Shown here one piece after another: positions 52,916 through 63,999 of a stretch of DNA of 64,000 bases (position 1 is its first letter; the number at the start of each line of letters is the position of its first letter). Position numbers and translations under genes: made by a program. Source of the DNA: an uncultured Chitinophagaceae bacterium (GTDB lineage: Bacteria; Bacteroidota; Bacteroidia; NS11-12g; UBA9320); assembly GCA_964613385.1 (NCBI GenBank), contig CAZTGZ010000002.1:83419-147418 (forward strand), given 5' to 3'. The notes beneath the pieces were generated by a model. It had not been told where the DNA came from, ran no database searches, and saw only the letters and a list, made by a program, of their open reading frames with translations.

Positions 52916-52983
52916 TATGCTCCAAACTGTTTATCCCTGTTTTGTATGCCTGCGTTCTAACTTCTGAAACTTAAAGCCTAATT

Positions 52984-54243
52984 TTGCAATCATACATGAA
53001 TCCCGATTTTATCGTCATTCTCATCATGCTATTGCTCTCGGCATTTTTCTCCGGATTGGAAATTGCCTTCCTTTCCGCCAATAAACTCCGGGTCGAATTG
53101 ATGAGCAATCAGGGTAAGCGCTGGGCCGAAATATGTTCAGATTATCTCAAGCAACCTTCCCGCTTCATCAGTACCATACTCGTAGGTAACAATATTGCCC
53201 TGGTTGTATACAGTATTGTGATGGAAGAAATGCTCAGACCCCAACTGTCAGGCTTGTCCCCGGCCGGAAGTCTGCTGGCTGCCACCGGGATTTCTACGGT
53301 TATTGTTTTAATCACCGCTGAATTCATGCCCAAATCCCTCTTTCGCATCAATCCTACCGGCATCCTTTCGGTGTTGATCTTCCCCTTTCAAATCTTTTAC
53401 TACCTGCTTTGGCCCCTGGTAAAATTCACCCTATGGTTGAGTAAAACTTCCCTATATGTCCTGTTAAGGCAGCGCTTTACCGAAGAGTCGCCCGCTTTCA
53501 GCAAGCTGGATTTGGATCATTACCTTTCGGAAACCGGGAATTCTCAAAATGAAAATCATGAGGTGGATACCGAAATCCTCAAAAATGCTCTGGATTTCGG
53601 CAGCATACAGGTAAGAGAATGCCAGGTTCCAAGACCCAGGATTGTGGGTATTGAGATTGACGAGAGCATCGAAGATCTCTATGCCCTCTTCAAAGAAAGC
53701 AGCCACAGTAAAATCATCGTGTATCGCGAAAGCATCGACCACGTAATCGGCTATGTGCATCATTTCGACCTGTTCAAAAAACCCGGAAGCATCCGTTCCA
53801 TTCTCAAACCCATTCTCATCACCAACGAATCAAAACCCGTAAATGAACTGTTGAAGGAATTTACCACCAGCGGGAAAAGCATCGCCCTGGTGGTGGACGA
53901 ATATGGCGGTACTTCAGGCATCATTACAGCTGAAGACATTATGGAAGAGATTTTTGGCGAAATAGAAGATGAACACGACGACGACGATGGCATCATTGAA
54001 GAACAAATCAATGACGACACATTCCGTTTCAGCGCTTCACTCGAAATCGACTATCTCAACGAACAATACAAGCTCCATCTGCCCATTGGAGATTATGAAA
54101 CCCTGGGTGGATTTATCATCTCCAACCACGAAAGCATTCCCGAAGAAGGTGAAACCATTGTGATTGGCAATTTTGAAATTCACATACTCAAAGCAGACAA
54201 TAAACGGATTGATCTGATACAGTTGGGAACCATCAACGAATAA
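52984..54243 (+). CDS. CNNM/hemolysin-family protein (DUF21-CBS pair-CorC_HlyC; GldE-like)
   Basis: N-terminal DUF21 TM domain, two CBS domains, and a C-terminal CorC/HlyC transporter-associated domain. Confidence 0.75.
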   Translation: MQSYMNPDFIVILIMLLLSAFFSGLEIAFLSANKLRVELMSNQGKRWAEICSDYLKQPSRFISTILVGNNIALVVYSIVMEEMLRPQLSGLSPAGSLLAATGISTVIVLITAEFMPKSLFRINPTGILSVLIFPFQIFYYLLWPLVKFTLWLSKTSLYVLLRQRFTEESPAFSKLDLDHYLSETGNSQNENHEVDTEILKNALDFGSIQVRECQVPRPRIVGIEIDESIEDLYALFKESSHSKIIVYRESIDHVIGYVHHFDLFKKPGSIRSILKPILITNESKPVNELLKEFTTSGKSIALVVDEYGGTSGIITAEDIMEEIFGEIEDEHDDDDGIIEEQINDDTFRFSASLEIDYLNEQYKLHLPIGDYETLGGFIISNHESIPEEGETIVIGNFEIHILKADNKRIDLIQLGTINE

Positions 54244-54309
54244 TCCGGGAAAGATTCAATCCGAAGTTGCTGAATGCCTAAATTTCACCGTTCTTTGCAG
54301 AAGCAATGG

Positions 54310-54383
54310 TTGGGCATTGCATTTTTTTTGACTCCGTAGTTCAATTGGATAGAATGTCAGATTCCGGTTCTGAAGGTTGGGGG
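54310..54383 (+). tRNA. tRNA-Arg (anticodon CCG)
   Basis: Acceptor stem GACUCCG/CGGAGUC, D-arm GUUC…GAAU, anticodon stem UCAGA/UCUGA with loop UUCCGGU (anticodon CCG), T-arm GGGGG-UUCGAGU-CCCUU, discriminator A. No encoded CCA. Confidence 0.85.
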
Positions 54384-54406
54384 TTCGAGTCCCTTCGGAG
54401 TCACTT

Positions 54407-56137
54407 TTAAATTCCCAGTTCCTTTTTTTGAGCCTCACTGATAGCAGAAGGCGCATCTATCATCATATCTCTGCCCATATTGTTCTTTGGGAAAGCTATA
54501 TAATCCCGGATGGATTCAGATTTGCCAAACAACGCGCATAAGCGGTCAAAACCAAAGGCAATACCTCCATGTGGAGGCGCTCCATAGCGAAATGCGTTCA
54601 TGAGGAAGCCAAATTGCGACTCTGCTTCTTCTGCCGTGAAACCAAGGATTTCGAACATTTTGGCCTGTAGTTCCTTGCGATGTATACGGATGCTTCCCCC
54701 GCCAATTTCGGTTCCATTGATGACCAAATCGTATGCATTTGCCCGGACTTTCCCGGGATCTGTGGACAGCCAGTTTTCATCTTCCGGTTTTGGAGAGGTA
54801 AAGGGGTGGTGCATGGCATGCCAGCGGCCTGATTCATCATCCCACTCCAGCAAAGGAAAATCGGTAACCCACAATGCGCTGAATTTCTCCGGATCTCGAA
54901 GGCCCAATTGCCGCCCCATTTCCAGACGCAATTCACTCATCTGTTTGCGACAGGCTTTTTCGTCGCCGGACAATACCAGGAGCAAATCTCCCACTTCCGC
55001 TCCGGATTGGTCTCCCCAGGTCTTCAAATCTTCGGCCGTGTAAAATTTGTCTACACTGCTCTTAGATCCATCCTCCCCAACCCGGCAATAAACCAGTCCC
55101 TTGGCTCCTATTTGCGGGCGTTTTACCCATTCTGTCAATTCGTCTAATTGTTTGCGGGTGTAGCTTGCTGCGCCTTTTGCACATATTGCCAGTACCGCTT
55201 CGGCCTGTTCAAAGACGGGAAACCCTTTTCCTTTCGTAAGGACCGTAATATCGCAGATTGGCATGTCGAAACGCAGATCGGGCTTGTCGTTTCCGTATTT
55301 CTGCATGGCTTCTGCATAGGTCATACGCGGCAATTCCGGTATGTCAATTCCTTTTACCTGTTTAAACAAATGTCTCACAAGACCTTCGAAAATCTGCAGG
55401 ATATCTTCCTGTTCCACAAAGGATAATTCGCAGTCTATTTGGGTGAATTCAGGTTGGCGATCGGCCCTAAGGTCCTCATCGCGAAAGCACTTCACAATCT
55501 GGTAGTATTTGTCGAATCCGCTTACCATAAGCAGTTGCTTAAAGGTCTGGGGACTCTGAGGTAAGGCATAATACTGACCCTGATTCATCCGGCTCGGCAC
55601 CACAAAATCCCGGGCGCCTTCCGGGGTTGACTTGATGAGCACGGGCGTTTCCACTTCAATAAATCCCTGTTCATCGAGATATGTTCTTGAAGCCCTGGCC
55701 ATTTGATGACGCAATTGAAGTGCCTGCCGAACCACTTCTCGTCTCAAATCGAGATAACGGTATTTCAACCGGAGTTCATCGCCACCATCCGTGTCATTTT
55801 CAATGGTAAACGGCGGCAATTCCGATGCATTTAATACCTCAAACGATTGTGCGATAACTTCTATATCTCCGGTGGTCATGGCCGGATTCTTACTGCTTCT
55901 TTCCTGTACCACACCATGCACCTGTATCACATACTCCCTGCCCAGTGTTCCGGCCTTTTCCTGTAGGGCCTTATCCACCGATTCATTAAAAGTCAGCTGC
56001 GTGATCCCGTAACGGTCGCGTAAATCCACAAACGTCATACCTCCCAGCTCCCGAATACGCTGTACCCAGCCGCTGAGTGTTACTTTTTTACCCTGATCTG
56101 TTATGCGCAATTCTCCGCAGGTATGGGTTCTGAACAT
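54407..56137 (-). CDS. aspS: Aspartate--tRNA ligase
   Basis: Class II aaRS motifs ([33 protein letters not shown]). The start is set at [11 protein letters not shown] (56137); the track ORF extends 20 codons upstream. Confidence 0.9.
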   Translation of the reverse strand: MFRTHTCGELRITDQGKKVTLSGWVQRIRELGGMTFVDLRDRYGITQLTFNESVDKALQEKAGTLGREYVIQVHGVVQERSSKNPAMTTGDIEVIAQSFEVLNASELPPFTIENDTDGGDELRLKYRYLDLRREVVRQALQLRHQMARASRTYLDEQGFIEVETPVLIKSTPEGARDFVVPSRMNQGQYYALPQSPQTFKQLLMVSGFDKYYQIVKCFRDEDLRADRQPEFTQIDCELSFVEQEDILQIFEGLVRHLFKQVKGIDIPELPRMTYAEAMQKYGNDKPDLRFDMPICDITVLTKGKGFPVFEQAEAVLAICAKGAASYTRKQLDELTEWVKRPQIGAKGLVYCRVGEDGSKSSVDKFYTAEDLKTWGDQSGAEVGDLLLVLSGDEKACRKQMSELRLEMGRQLGLRDPEKFSALWVTDFPLLEWDDESGRWHAMHHPFTSPKPEDENWLSTDPGKVRANAYDLVINGTEIGGGSIRIHRKELQAKMFEILGFTAEEAESQFGFLMNAFRYGAPPHGGIAFGFDRLCALFGKSESIRDYIAFPKNNMGRDMMIDAPSAISEAQKKELGI

Positions 56138-56220
56138 GATGTTAAATTTTCGGCAAATATACGGTTCCGATATTGTTCTGCCGACCATACAAGCCACTTG
56201 TTAGGGTTATATATTTGCAT

Positions 56221-57471
56221 ATGGCTCAACAAATAGAATGTCCGAATTGCGGTCATCATTTCGATATAGAAGAAGTGATACAACATCACGCCGAAGAGAA
56301 GATCCGCCGGGAGTTTGCGGCAAAGTTCCAGGAACAAGCTAAAAGCGTTCAGGAATTGAAGCAACAATTAGAGTTGGAGAAAAGCGAATTTGAACAAAAA
56401 AAGGTCAAGGAGAATGCACTTTTCGCCGAAAGGCTGGAGCAAAGGATGGGTGAAGAACGCGTGAAAATGGCAGCGCGATTGATGGAAGAGCAAGGTCAGA
56501 AAATGAAAATGCTCGAATCGGAAATGGCCGATAAGAAAAAGGAGAATCTTGAATTGAAGCAGAAAGAGGTGGATTTATTGCGCATGAAGCAGAATTTACA
56601 GGATGAGAAGGAGGCGCTAAAACTTCAGGTGGAAAAAGAAATGTTCGAAAAACGAAAGGCCATTGAGGAAGAAATAAAACTGAAGGAAGCCGAAAAATTC
56701 GACCTGGTACGTCGTGAATATGAGAAGAAACTCGAAGATCAAAAAAAGCTGGTAGATGAGATGCAGCGCAAGGCCAGTCAGGGATCCATGCAATTACAGG
56801 GCGAGATATTGGAATTGGCTTTGGAGGAAGAACTTCGCCATGCTTTTCCGCATGATATTATTGAAGAAATCGGCAAGGGAATCCGGGGAGCAGATGCCGT
56901 TCAAACCGTTGTGAACCCATGGAGACAGGTTTGTGGTAAAATTATATTCGAAAGCAAAAGGACCAAGGCATTTTCAGAGTCCTGGATAGAAAAACTGAAA
57001 GAAGATCAGCGAGAAATGGGCGCTTCCTTTGCCGTGCTGGTCACGGAAGTGATGCCCAGAGATATGGATCGTTTCGGAATGAAAGATGGTATTTGGATTT
57101 GCAGTTTTCATGAAATGCGTGCACTGGTATTTGTTTTAAGGGAAATGCTGTTGAGAGAGTTTTCACTTCGATCTGCCGAAGAAAACAAAGGAGATAAGAT
57201 GTCCCTTTTATATCAGTATCTGACAGGCACGGAATTCAGGAGTCGAGTGGAAGCCATTGTAGAAGGATTTACCCTGTTAAAGTCAGATCTGGATCGGGAG
57301 AAAAGAGCTATGCAGAAAATCTGGAAAGAAAGGGAAAAACAATTAGAAAAAGTAATCGGCAATACCATAGACATGCATGCATCAATCCGTGGTATTGCCG
57401 GGAAAGCCATCGCTCCGGTTCGGGCATTGGAATTATTGCCCGGAGAAGGAGAGCCAGAGGATCAGGATTAA
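56221..57471 (+). CDS. DUF2130-family coiled-coil protein with N-terminal zinc-ribbon
   Basis: Start at MAQQIECPNCGHHF. Long charged coiled-coil region, then a conserved C-terminal domain. Confidence 0.55.
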   Translation: MAQQIECPNCGHHFDIEEVIQHHAEEKIRREFAAKFQEQAKSVQELKQQLELEKSEFEQKKVKENALFAERLEQRMGEERVKMAARLMEEQGQKMKMLESEMADKKKENLELKQKEVDLLRMKQNLQDEKEALKLQVEKEMFEKRKAIEEEIKLKEAEKFDLVRREYEKKLEDQKKLVDEMQRKASQGSMQLQGEILELALEEELRHAFPHDIIEEIGKGIRGADAVQTVVNPWRQVCGKIIFESKRTKAFSESWIEKLKEDQREMGASFAVLVTEVMPRDMDRFGMKDGIWICSFHEMRALVFVLREMLLREFSLRSAEENKGDKMSLLYQYLTGTEFRSRVEAIVEGFTLLKSDLDREKRAMQKIWKEREKQLEKVIGNTIDMHASIRGIAGKAIAPVRALELLPGEGEPEDQD

Positions 57472-57472
57472 T

Positions 57473-57895
57473 TTAATCCTTTACTTTACTGCCCACCCAG
57501 GCCACAACCGCACCAATACCGGCACCCCAAATAACATTGGTTAGTAAATCCGATCCAACGGCTTTTAAATCGAAAAGGGTCGTCATAGACATGTATCCCA
57601 GATCAACAGATCCTATCATCAGCACGGTAATGATGGCACCAGCCAAAGCTCCTTTCATAGCACTTTGGACATTACCTAAGCCATGAAAAACATAGGAAAT
57701 TAAGAATGATAAGGCCAGATTACTGACAATCATAGCCGGAAAGTTCATTTCCTCTTCGGGAAGCATCACTGATTTCATTTCTTCCGTTGCCATGCTCTCC
57801 ATGGTACCGGCCAAAATAATTCCGAATAAAAGCCAGCCGAAAAAAAAGGCAAATACGCCTCCGGCAATTCCACCATAAATGAGTCTTTTGTTCAT
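57473..57895 (-). CDS. Small integral membrane protein (hypothetical)
   Basis: Four TM helices, Gly-rich. 140 aa. Confidence 0.4.
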   Translation of the reverse strand: MNKRLIYGGIAGGVFAFFFGWLLFGIILAGTMESMATEEMKSVMLPEEEMNFPAMIVSNLALSFLISYVFHGLGNVQSAMKGALAGAIITVLMIGSVDLGYMSMTTLFDLKAVGSDLLTNVIWGAGIGAVVAWVGSKVKD

Positions 57896-58145
57896 AATAG
57901 TAAGTTTTAAATAATAATTGATTTGTTAGCTAATTCGAGTTTAATTAAAATATTGATATATTAAAAGTTGAAATAAGCAATATTCAGATTCTCAATGCTT
58001 TAATTTTTTAAATTTAAATATGTGTATATACATTATCACAGTTGCAGGAGCCTGACTACCTCAAAAAGGACTCGGGAATTAAGTGGTATATTTGAACGCA
58101 AGCATTGAATTGCATCACAAAACCACATCATATTTCAACAAAAAC

Positions 58146-58619
58146 ATGATTAAATATATGTTTGTATTGATATTCTGGTTGGTAAGCTGCCGGCCCACAA
58201 CAAAGGATTATTCTATTGCCGGGACTTACCAATTAATTGATTGGAAAATCATCCAACGTGATAGCCAGTATTATCCTTATGGCCAAGAGGCCGGGGGACA
58301 AATTCAGTATAGCAAAGACGGGTATATGAGTCTACAGCTCAGTAAAGGAAATCGCGCGAAATTCGGAACGTTGGACCGGTCTGATTTAGATTCCGGCGCT
58401 TCGGCTCAAGCCTACACTTCATACTTTGCCTATTGGGGTTCTTATGAGATTAAAAAAGACTCGGGAATGGTTGTTCACTATGTAGATGAATGCCTGCACC
58501 CTGACTGGAATCAAACTACCCAAATAAGGAACTATCGATTATCCAATGACACACTATTCCTTTCTACCGAAAAAGGAGACCTGCTCCGATTCAGAAAATG
58601 TGCTAAGGCAACATTTTGA
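58146..58619 (+). CDS. Lipocalin-like domain lipoprotein
   Basis: Lipoprotein signal MIKYMFVLIFWLVSC. A GTYQLIDWKII…YSKDGYMSLQL pattern resembles the lipocalin-like DUF. The start is moved to the internal ATG. Confidence 0.4.
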   Translation: MIKYMFVLIFWLVSCRPTTKDYSIAGTYQLIDWKIIQRDSQYYPYGQEAGGQIQYSKDGYMSLQLSKGNRAKFGTLDRSDLDSGASAQAYTSYFAYWGSYEIKKDSGMVVHYVDECLHPDWNQTTQIRNYRLSNDTLFLSTEKGDLLRFRKCAKATF

Positions 58620-60117
58620 ACGAGGTAAAAAAGCGATATAAATCCTGATTTCTGACCATTTCTGAATCGCCGCTTAGTTCCAAAACCCAATATGCACCAT
58701 TACTTTCCGGAATGGGAATTCTGGTTTCGATGCTGATATACCTGAATGCCCTGAGGGTTTCAAGTGTTAGGCTTCCTTCTGCGCCTTCTATAACCAAAGT
58801 ATCTACTACCTTTTTGTTACCTCTGTACCACGATCCCAATAAAGAAGACCAATCCGGTATTTCCACCAACGTATCCGAACCTTCTGTAACTGTCTCAACC
58901 TCCTGATTACCCTGATATTCTTCCATGGGTATGTCCATGATCTTTTCTTCAACAGGTGCCTCTTCGGTGGTTATTGGCGGCATTTCCTCTGGTTCAGGAA
59001 TTTCGTCGGTTTTGCCTTCAAAAATGGCCTCTCCTACATGATCATCTCCATATACCACTTCTTCATCGTCATTTGGATTCATGGTTTGATAGATTCGCAA
59101 TTGATACATTCCACTTCTGGTGGTATCAGCGGTTGAGACACCTGAATTGTACCAATCTTCGGTCATCTCGAGGTGGGAAGGAATATCAACAGTATATTTC
59201 CGATCGCTTTCGTTTATCTGCTTCCAGATGAAAATTTCCTTACTTTTCGCGCCGAGTTTAATAGGGGTGAGTTTGCATCCCTTTTGTTTCAGCAGGGCTA
59301 ATATGCCCTTTTCTCCGCACAAATGTGCAGCTCCTATAGCCATAAAAACACCTTGTTTTCCCATTTCGGAATACATTCGGTCTACCATAATCTCATTTCG
59401 CTTGTTAATCAAAAGATCTAGCCAATTGCTCTGCGCCAACCCGTTAACGGTTCCGCATATTTGATCCATCTGAATACCGGAGTACTGACTTTTCAACTCA
59501 TTTGAGCCGGAAAGATATTGCATTAAGCTCTTCTCCCAGTCAGGTTTTTTCAAGAATGCAATGGCGTTTTCCGTCAATTGATTCCTATCGAAAGACATGA
59601 GATATTTCAACTGTTCTTCAATGGTTTCAATCCCGATGGTAGATTTTCCTTTTTTAAGGGCATACATTTCCAGAAAGGCGTCAACATGCAGGTTTCGAAA
59701 GGAATCCGGGTCGTGAAAATCTTTTAAAAACTGCTCCAACTCTTTGGAAATGAGCAAAATCTTGGTTTCAAGTTCTTTCATATCAATATCGGCTGCCTTC
59801 AACCGAACCATGAATGTGTCCCTTAAAAAATTCATCAGGTTTTTCGCTTCTTCTGATTCGATCAGGTTTTCCATTTGATCTTCATGGTCCGGCCTCAGCA
59901 TTGAAATCTCAAACGCTACTATATCCGATGCATCAATCGCATCGAAAACCGGATCTCCGAAAGCAAAAGCTTTTTCATCATTCACATGCATGGTGCCGAA
60001 AACATAAGAGGCCTTTTTCCAGCCTTTATGTTCTACTTTATATAAGAGTGTCTCCTGGGCGAGTACATTCAGCCATGTGCTCAGGCTTAACACTAAAGAC
60101 AGCAGTATTTTCTTCAT
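58603..60117 (-). CDS. TraB/GumN-family protein
   Basis: Signal peptide. Conserved GTMHV…D…E and GAAHLxG motifs. Confidence 0.65.
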   Translation of the reverse strand: MKKILLSLVLSLSTWLNVLAQETLLYKVEHKGWKKASYVFGTMHVNDEKAFAFGDPVFDAIDASDIVAFEISMLRPDHEDQMENLIESEEAKNLMNFLRDTFMVRLKAADIDMKELETKILLISKELEQFLKDFHDPDSFRNLHVDAFLEMYALKKGKSTIGIETIEEQLKYLMSFDRNQLTENAIAFLKKPDWEKSLMQYLSGSNELKSQYSGIQMDQICGTVNGLAQSNWLDLLINKRNEIMVDRMYSEMGKQGVFMAIGAAHLCGEKGILALLKQKGCKLTPIKLGAKSKEIFIWKQINESDRKYTVDIPSHLEMTEDWYNSGVSTADTTRSGMYQLRIYQTMNPNDDEEVVYGDDHVGEAIFEGKTDEIPEPEEMPPITTEEAPVEEKIMDIPMEEYQGNQEVETVTEGSDTLVEIPDWSSLLGSWYRGNKKVVDTLVIEGAEGSLTLETLRAFRYISIETRIPIPESNGAYWVLELSGDSEMVRNQDLYRFFTSFKMLP

Positions 60118-60142
60118 AAAACAATATTAATGTTTGATATAC

Positions 60143-61549
60143 TTACACCCATGCAGGTAAATCGCTGGATGATAATTTCCTTGCGGACAAGAGCCTTCTT
60201 TGTTCAATGTGCGCCCTGAATAAATTACCGGATAGTATTCTGGTTATTTCACTGTATTCTTTCTGAGGAATCAAATATTGCTGATAGCAGGATTCAACCT
60301 CATTTTCAAATTCCGTCGGAATGAATCCATATCCCCTGTAAATACCGTTTTCCACCAATACAAAGGCCTTTTCTGTTTCATTTCTGCCTTTGAGCAGATA
60401 CAAACAGGCATCGTCCTGTAAATTATAATCTGCCAGGGCCTGTAATACCCTCGAATTGTAGTCTACATCTTCCGGGCTTCCAAAACAGGGCTCGTCCGTA
60501 TCGCAATGGGGGCAGGTATGCAATTTCTGTAAACCGCATCGAAAGGGACATAACTGATACGTTTCGACCAGATGCTGCATAAATGCTCTTCCTTCCATGG
60601 CAGAACTAAAACTGCCGAATAGATTCAAATACCGCTGTTTTTTAACGATCCCCAGGTGAATTTGTCCGGATACAGATTCATATCTTATGAGGCCAAAGCT
60701 GTTTAAAGCATACTTGGCTGCCTTGTTAAAAACAGGGAAATGCTTTTTTATTTCCGCAGCTTCCATGATGAGGGCCAGGGCTTCAGTGCCGCTCAATTCA
60801 TGGGTAATATGATGTATATTTTCTCTAAAAATGGCTTTAAAAGCGCTGTGTTCAAGAAAATGACCTTTTATTCTACTTTGTATATTATTCGCCTTGCCCA
60901 CATATACGACCTTATTCCTGGCATCGTGAAACCGGTATATCCCGGCTTGAGTCGGCAATTCTTCAAGGTGCTTACGGTCAAAAGAGGTAGGAAGTTTCTC
61001 TTCTCCTTTCTGGCGATTCAGCGCATTTTTGATATGACCCAACTCGTCTTTGGCCAGGAGCATCTGGAAAAGTCGGGCAGTAGCATCCGCATCCCCCAAA
61101 GCGCGATGTCGGTTCATTAAGTCAATACCTAATTGATCGCAGAGTTTACCGAGACTATACGATTTCATACCGGGAATAATGCTTCGGCTCAATCGAACGG
61201 AGCAAAGTCTGCGGCGGTTGAACGGTTGATTTAAACGGGTAAAATGGCTTTTAATGATTCCATAGTCAAAATTGACACTATGAGCAACAAAAATGCGATC
61301 CGCCGTTTGCGCCTCCAATTCATCGGAAATCTCTTCAAATACAGGAGCATTTTCAACCATCTTCTGAGTGATCCCGGTTAACCAGACAATTTGTGAAGGA
61401 ATGAGCTCCTGTGGATTTACCAAAGTACTCCATCTCCCGACGATCTCAGTGCCATCCATTTGTACGACGGCCACTTCGGTAATTTTTCCGCTGGCTCCGG
61501 TCGTTTCAATATCTACAATGGCATATTTCAGAGGCTCAAATTTCGACAC
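60143..61549 (-). CDS. Fusion protein: DEDDh 3'-5' exonuclease (DnaQ-like) N-domain + GIY-YIG nuclease domain
   Basis: Exo I motif YAIVDIETTG, Exo III region HRALGDADATARLF, then the GIY-YIG motif GIYRFHDARNKVVYVGKANNIQSRIKGHF. Confidence 0.7.
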   Translation of the reverse strand: MSKFEPLKYAIVDIETTGASGKITEVAVVQMDGTEIVGRWSTLVNPQELIPSQIVWLTGITQKMVENAPVFEEISDELEAQTADRIFVAHSVNFDYGIIKSHFTRLNQPFNRRRLCSVRLSRSIIPGMKSYSLGKLCDQLGIDLMNRHRALGDADATARLFQMLLAKDELGHIKNALNRQKGEEKLPTSFDRKHLEELPTQAGIYRFHDARNKVVYVGKANNIQSRIKGHFLEHSAFKAIFRENIHHITHELSGTEALALIMEAAEIKKHFPVFNKAAKYALNSFGLIRYESVSGQIHLGIVKKQRYLNLFGSFSSAMEGRAFMQHLVETYQLCPFRCGLQKLHTCPHCDTDEPCFGSPEDVDYNSRVLQALADYNLQDDACLYLLKGRNETEKAFVLVENGIYRGYGFIPTEFENEVESCYQQYLIPQKEYSEITRILSGNLFRAHIEQRRLLSARKLSSSDLPAWV

Positions 61550-61616
61550 TGGAGCTCAAAATAAAAAGGGGTTGACTTTATTCAGTCAACCCCCTTAGTA
61601 TAAGATTACTATTGAA

Positions 61617-63290
61617 TTACTCGATGGCCAACTTGCGAACCGCTGATCCTTCAGCAGTCACAACCTGTACAAAATAGATTCCTTTGTTCAGGGAACTCAG
61701 GTCCACATTGGCAGAAGTCTGACCTACCTGGGTCATGTTCAGTACCAAACGACCATTCATGTCCATAACATGTATTTGATCGATTACCTTGTTCTGTAGC
61801 GCAACAAAAACCTGATGATTGGCTGGATTTGGATAAACAGACAATACATTGTCCAAATTGTGATTGTTTACACTGGCAGGGTTATAATAACCCCACAATG
61901 TTGCAATACGGGGCGTCATATAACCGATCACCGTATCCATATAAGTCATACCTTTGGTTTTGCTCATATCCGGATTCGAAGCCAGAGAAGCCTGATGCGC
62001 CGTAACACCCGGTGCAACCTGAGTCATGGAAATCGCACTGCTTGGATCCCACCACTGCCAAGGACTGGCTTGATTTTGCATTCTGCTGGATGCAAGCGGC
62101 AATACTACTGCATACAGGTTTTCGCTGTTTGTCACAGTAATTTTATCGTTGGGAGAAGGGAGAATATAATCGTAAATCTTGCCGTAATGTACACGAGCAG
62201 CTACTGAATAGGCATCGTTGTGTTCGGCGCTTCTGAATCCTGCGTTATTGCCCAGATCGTTGGCCATTTCAATAAAGATATTACCACCCTGAACATCCAC
62301 AACATCTTCCATGGTGGTTGGAACGATTACCGTACCTTCTCCGAATGGAGCAAATGGGTCACGCACACACTGAATGGCGATCATTGGGGCATCTCCGGCT
62401 TCTAACCAGGATGTATCTGCCAATGCACCACCAAAATTAACGGTAGCACTCACGGCCGTTGAAGTAGCTGAAGACGTGTATAAATTCAACAATCCTCCGG
62501 ATCCGTCAATACGACCTACTGTAGTCGTATCTATATAAGATTTGGTTGTTAAAGGATTGATAAATTTCGGCAATTCCATTTCAGAATATTTGTTCAGGGT
62601 AGAATACGCAACAGCGATATAACCACCGGTTCCTTCACCTAACAAGGCAATTTTAGAAGCATCAATACCATAAGTATTATTTCCGGCCGCATCGTCGCGA
62701 AGATATCTCACGCACATTTTAACGTCATGAATCGCACGGTATACGGCGTTAAGCAAGGTTCCTCTTCTTTCCTGAACGGTGGTGGCAATTGGGTTCCAAC
62801 CCAGACGATAATCGGCACTGATCACCACATATCCTCTGCGCGCCAACTTCATGCAAGCATCCACAGCACAACTGTCGGCACGAGAGCCATTCGGTGAACC
62901 GTTGATAGGTGGAGGCAAGAAATTACCAGTATGTAAATAGATGATAACCGGACGATTGGTCAGATTATCAACGGAGGATTTCACTTTATAGACATCCATT
63001 TTAATGGCTGTTACTTTCAACTTGGAGTTTGTATCAGCCGGGTTATAAAATTTAGCCGGGATGGCCTGTTGCATGGCCAAAGCGGTTTTAATTTCCGTTA
63101 AATCAGCTATCACTTTAGGCTGGTCATTTAACTTGGAAGTTAGAAAATCAATGTTGGTGGCATATGTAACGCCGCTGGTTACTTCAACATCGGCGTTGGT
63201 AAAAACCTCCGCAACATAACGTTGAGCAAAACCCTGAAAACTGATCAGAATCAGGGCGAGTAATAAGTACTGTTTTTTCATGATGGTCAT
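61617..63290 (-). CDS. Secreted alpha/beta-hydrolase (esterase/lipase-like) with T9SS type A C-terminal sorting domain
   Basis: Signal peptide. Oxyanion region YLHTGNF. GxSxG-like GEGTGGY. The C-terminus LSVYPNPANHQVFV…GIYFVQVVTAEGSAVRKLAIE matches the Por_Secre_tail pattern. Confidence 0.6.
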   Translation of the reverse strand: MTIMKKQYLLLALILISFQGFAQRYVAEVFTNADVEVTSGVTYATNIDFLTSKLNDQPKVIADLTEIKTALAMQQAIPAKFYNPADTNSKLKVTAIKMDVYKVKSSVDNLTNRPVIIYLHTGNFLPPPINGSPNGSRADSCAVDACMKLARRGYVVISADYRLGWNPIATTVQERRGTLLNAVYRAIHDVKMCVRYLRDDAAGNNTYGIDASKIALLGEGTGGYIAVAYSTLNKYSEMELPKFINPLTTKSYIDTTTVGRIDGSGGLLNLYTSSATSTAVSATVNFGGALADTSWLEAGDAPMIAIQCVRDPFAPFGEGTVIVPTTMEDVVDVQGGNIFIEMANDLGNNAGFRSAEHNDAYSVAARVHYGKIYDYILPSPNDKITVTNSENLYAVVLPLASSRMQNQASPWQWWDPSSAISMTQVAPGVTAHQASLASNPDMSKTKGMTYMDTVIGYMTPRIATLWGYYNPASVNNHNLDNVLSVYPNPANHQVFVALQNKVIDQIHVMDMNGRLVLNMTQVGQTSANVDLSSLNKGIYFVQVVTAEGSAVRKLAIE

Positions 63291-63330
63291 TTTGATTAAT
63301 TAGACAAATGTATTGGTTAAGAATGAAATA

Positions 63331-63999
63331 TTATTTGTTTTCATCGATTTCCTTGGGTTCAGTTCCAAATTCAAACAGAACACTTATGTATGCGAGTCTG
63401 CCTATATAAGGGCCGCCATATACCTGAAAGTTGCGATTATTAAAAACTTTTTCCAATCGGTTCTCTACGTCTTTGGCAAATAATGGCCTGAATCCGAACA
63501 AATTAGAACCTCCGAATTTCAAGGTACAATGACTTTTGGGGATGTAATAGTTTATTTGACCGTCCACCATGTCATAACCCGGTACGAATCCGGTAAACTG
63601 GGGCGAACCTTCAAAGATGAATCCATCTACCCACTTATAATTGACACCAAATCCGGCATGTTTCCATTGGGTAAATGGGATGGTTAATTCCCTTCCATTG
63701 AGTCCGATATTAAATTTATGCTCCGGCGTATTGAAAGCCGGAATGATCGGGTCATCCGTTCCCTTTTTATTCAGAATATTCCAGGAATAATTGGCGGTAT
63801 AGGCCATTTTCTTATGAAAATAGCTTATGGCGGCAGAAAAGCCCTGCGTCGTTACCCGACTTGTTGCGTTGGCGGCAACCCTGTAAACCTGAATATTCCT
63901 GGGGAAACGGGTGGCTACGTCAAAATCGGCATCCAGTCCAATTACATATCCGATAAAATTGTCATATACGCTATAATAATAACCTGCATCCACGAACAT
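63331..63999 (-). CDS. Outer-membrane beta-barrel-like protein, C-terminal portion (gene probably continues beyond window end)
   Basis: Alternating aromatic/hydrophobic beta-strand pattern with a C-terminal F. The ORF abuts the window edge. Confidence 0.35.
   Translation of the reverse strand: MFVDAGYYYSVYDNFIGYVIGLDADFDVATRFPRNIQVYRVAANATSRVTTQGFSAAISYFHKKMAYTANYSWNILNKKGTDDPIIPAFNTPEHKFNIGLNGRELTIPFTQWKHAGFGVNYKWVDGFIFEGSPQFTGFVPGYDMVDGQINYYIPKSHCTLKFGGSNLFGFRPLFAKDVENRLEKVFNNRNFQVYGGPYIGRLAYISVLFEFGTEPKEIDENK

Noticed and set aside
54256-54456. 66-aa minus-strand ORF overlapping the tRNA-Arg region
   Set aside because: It overlaps a well-formed tRNA gene and the aspS 3' end. No coding support.
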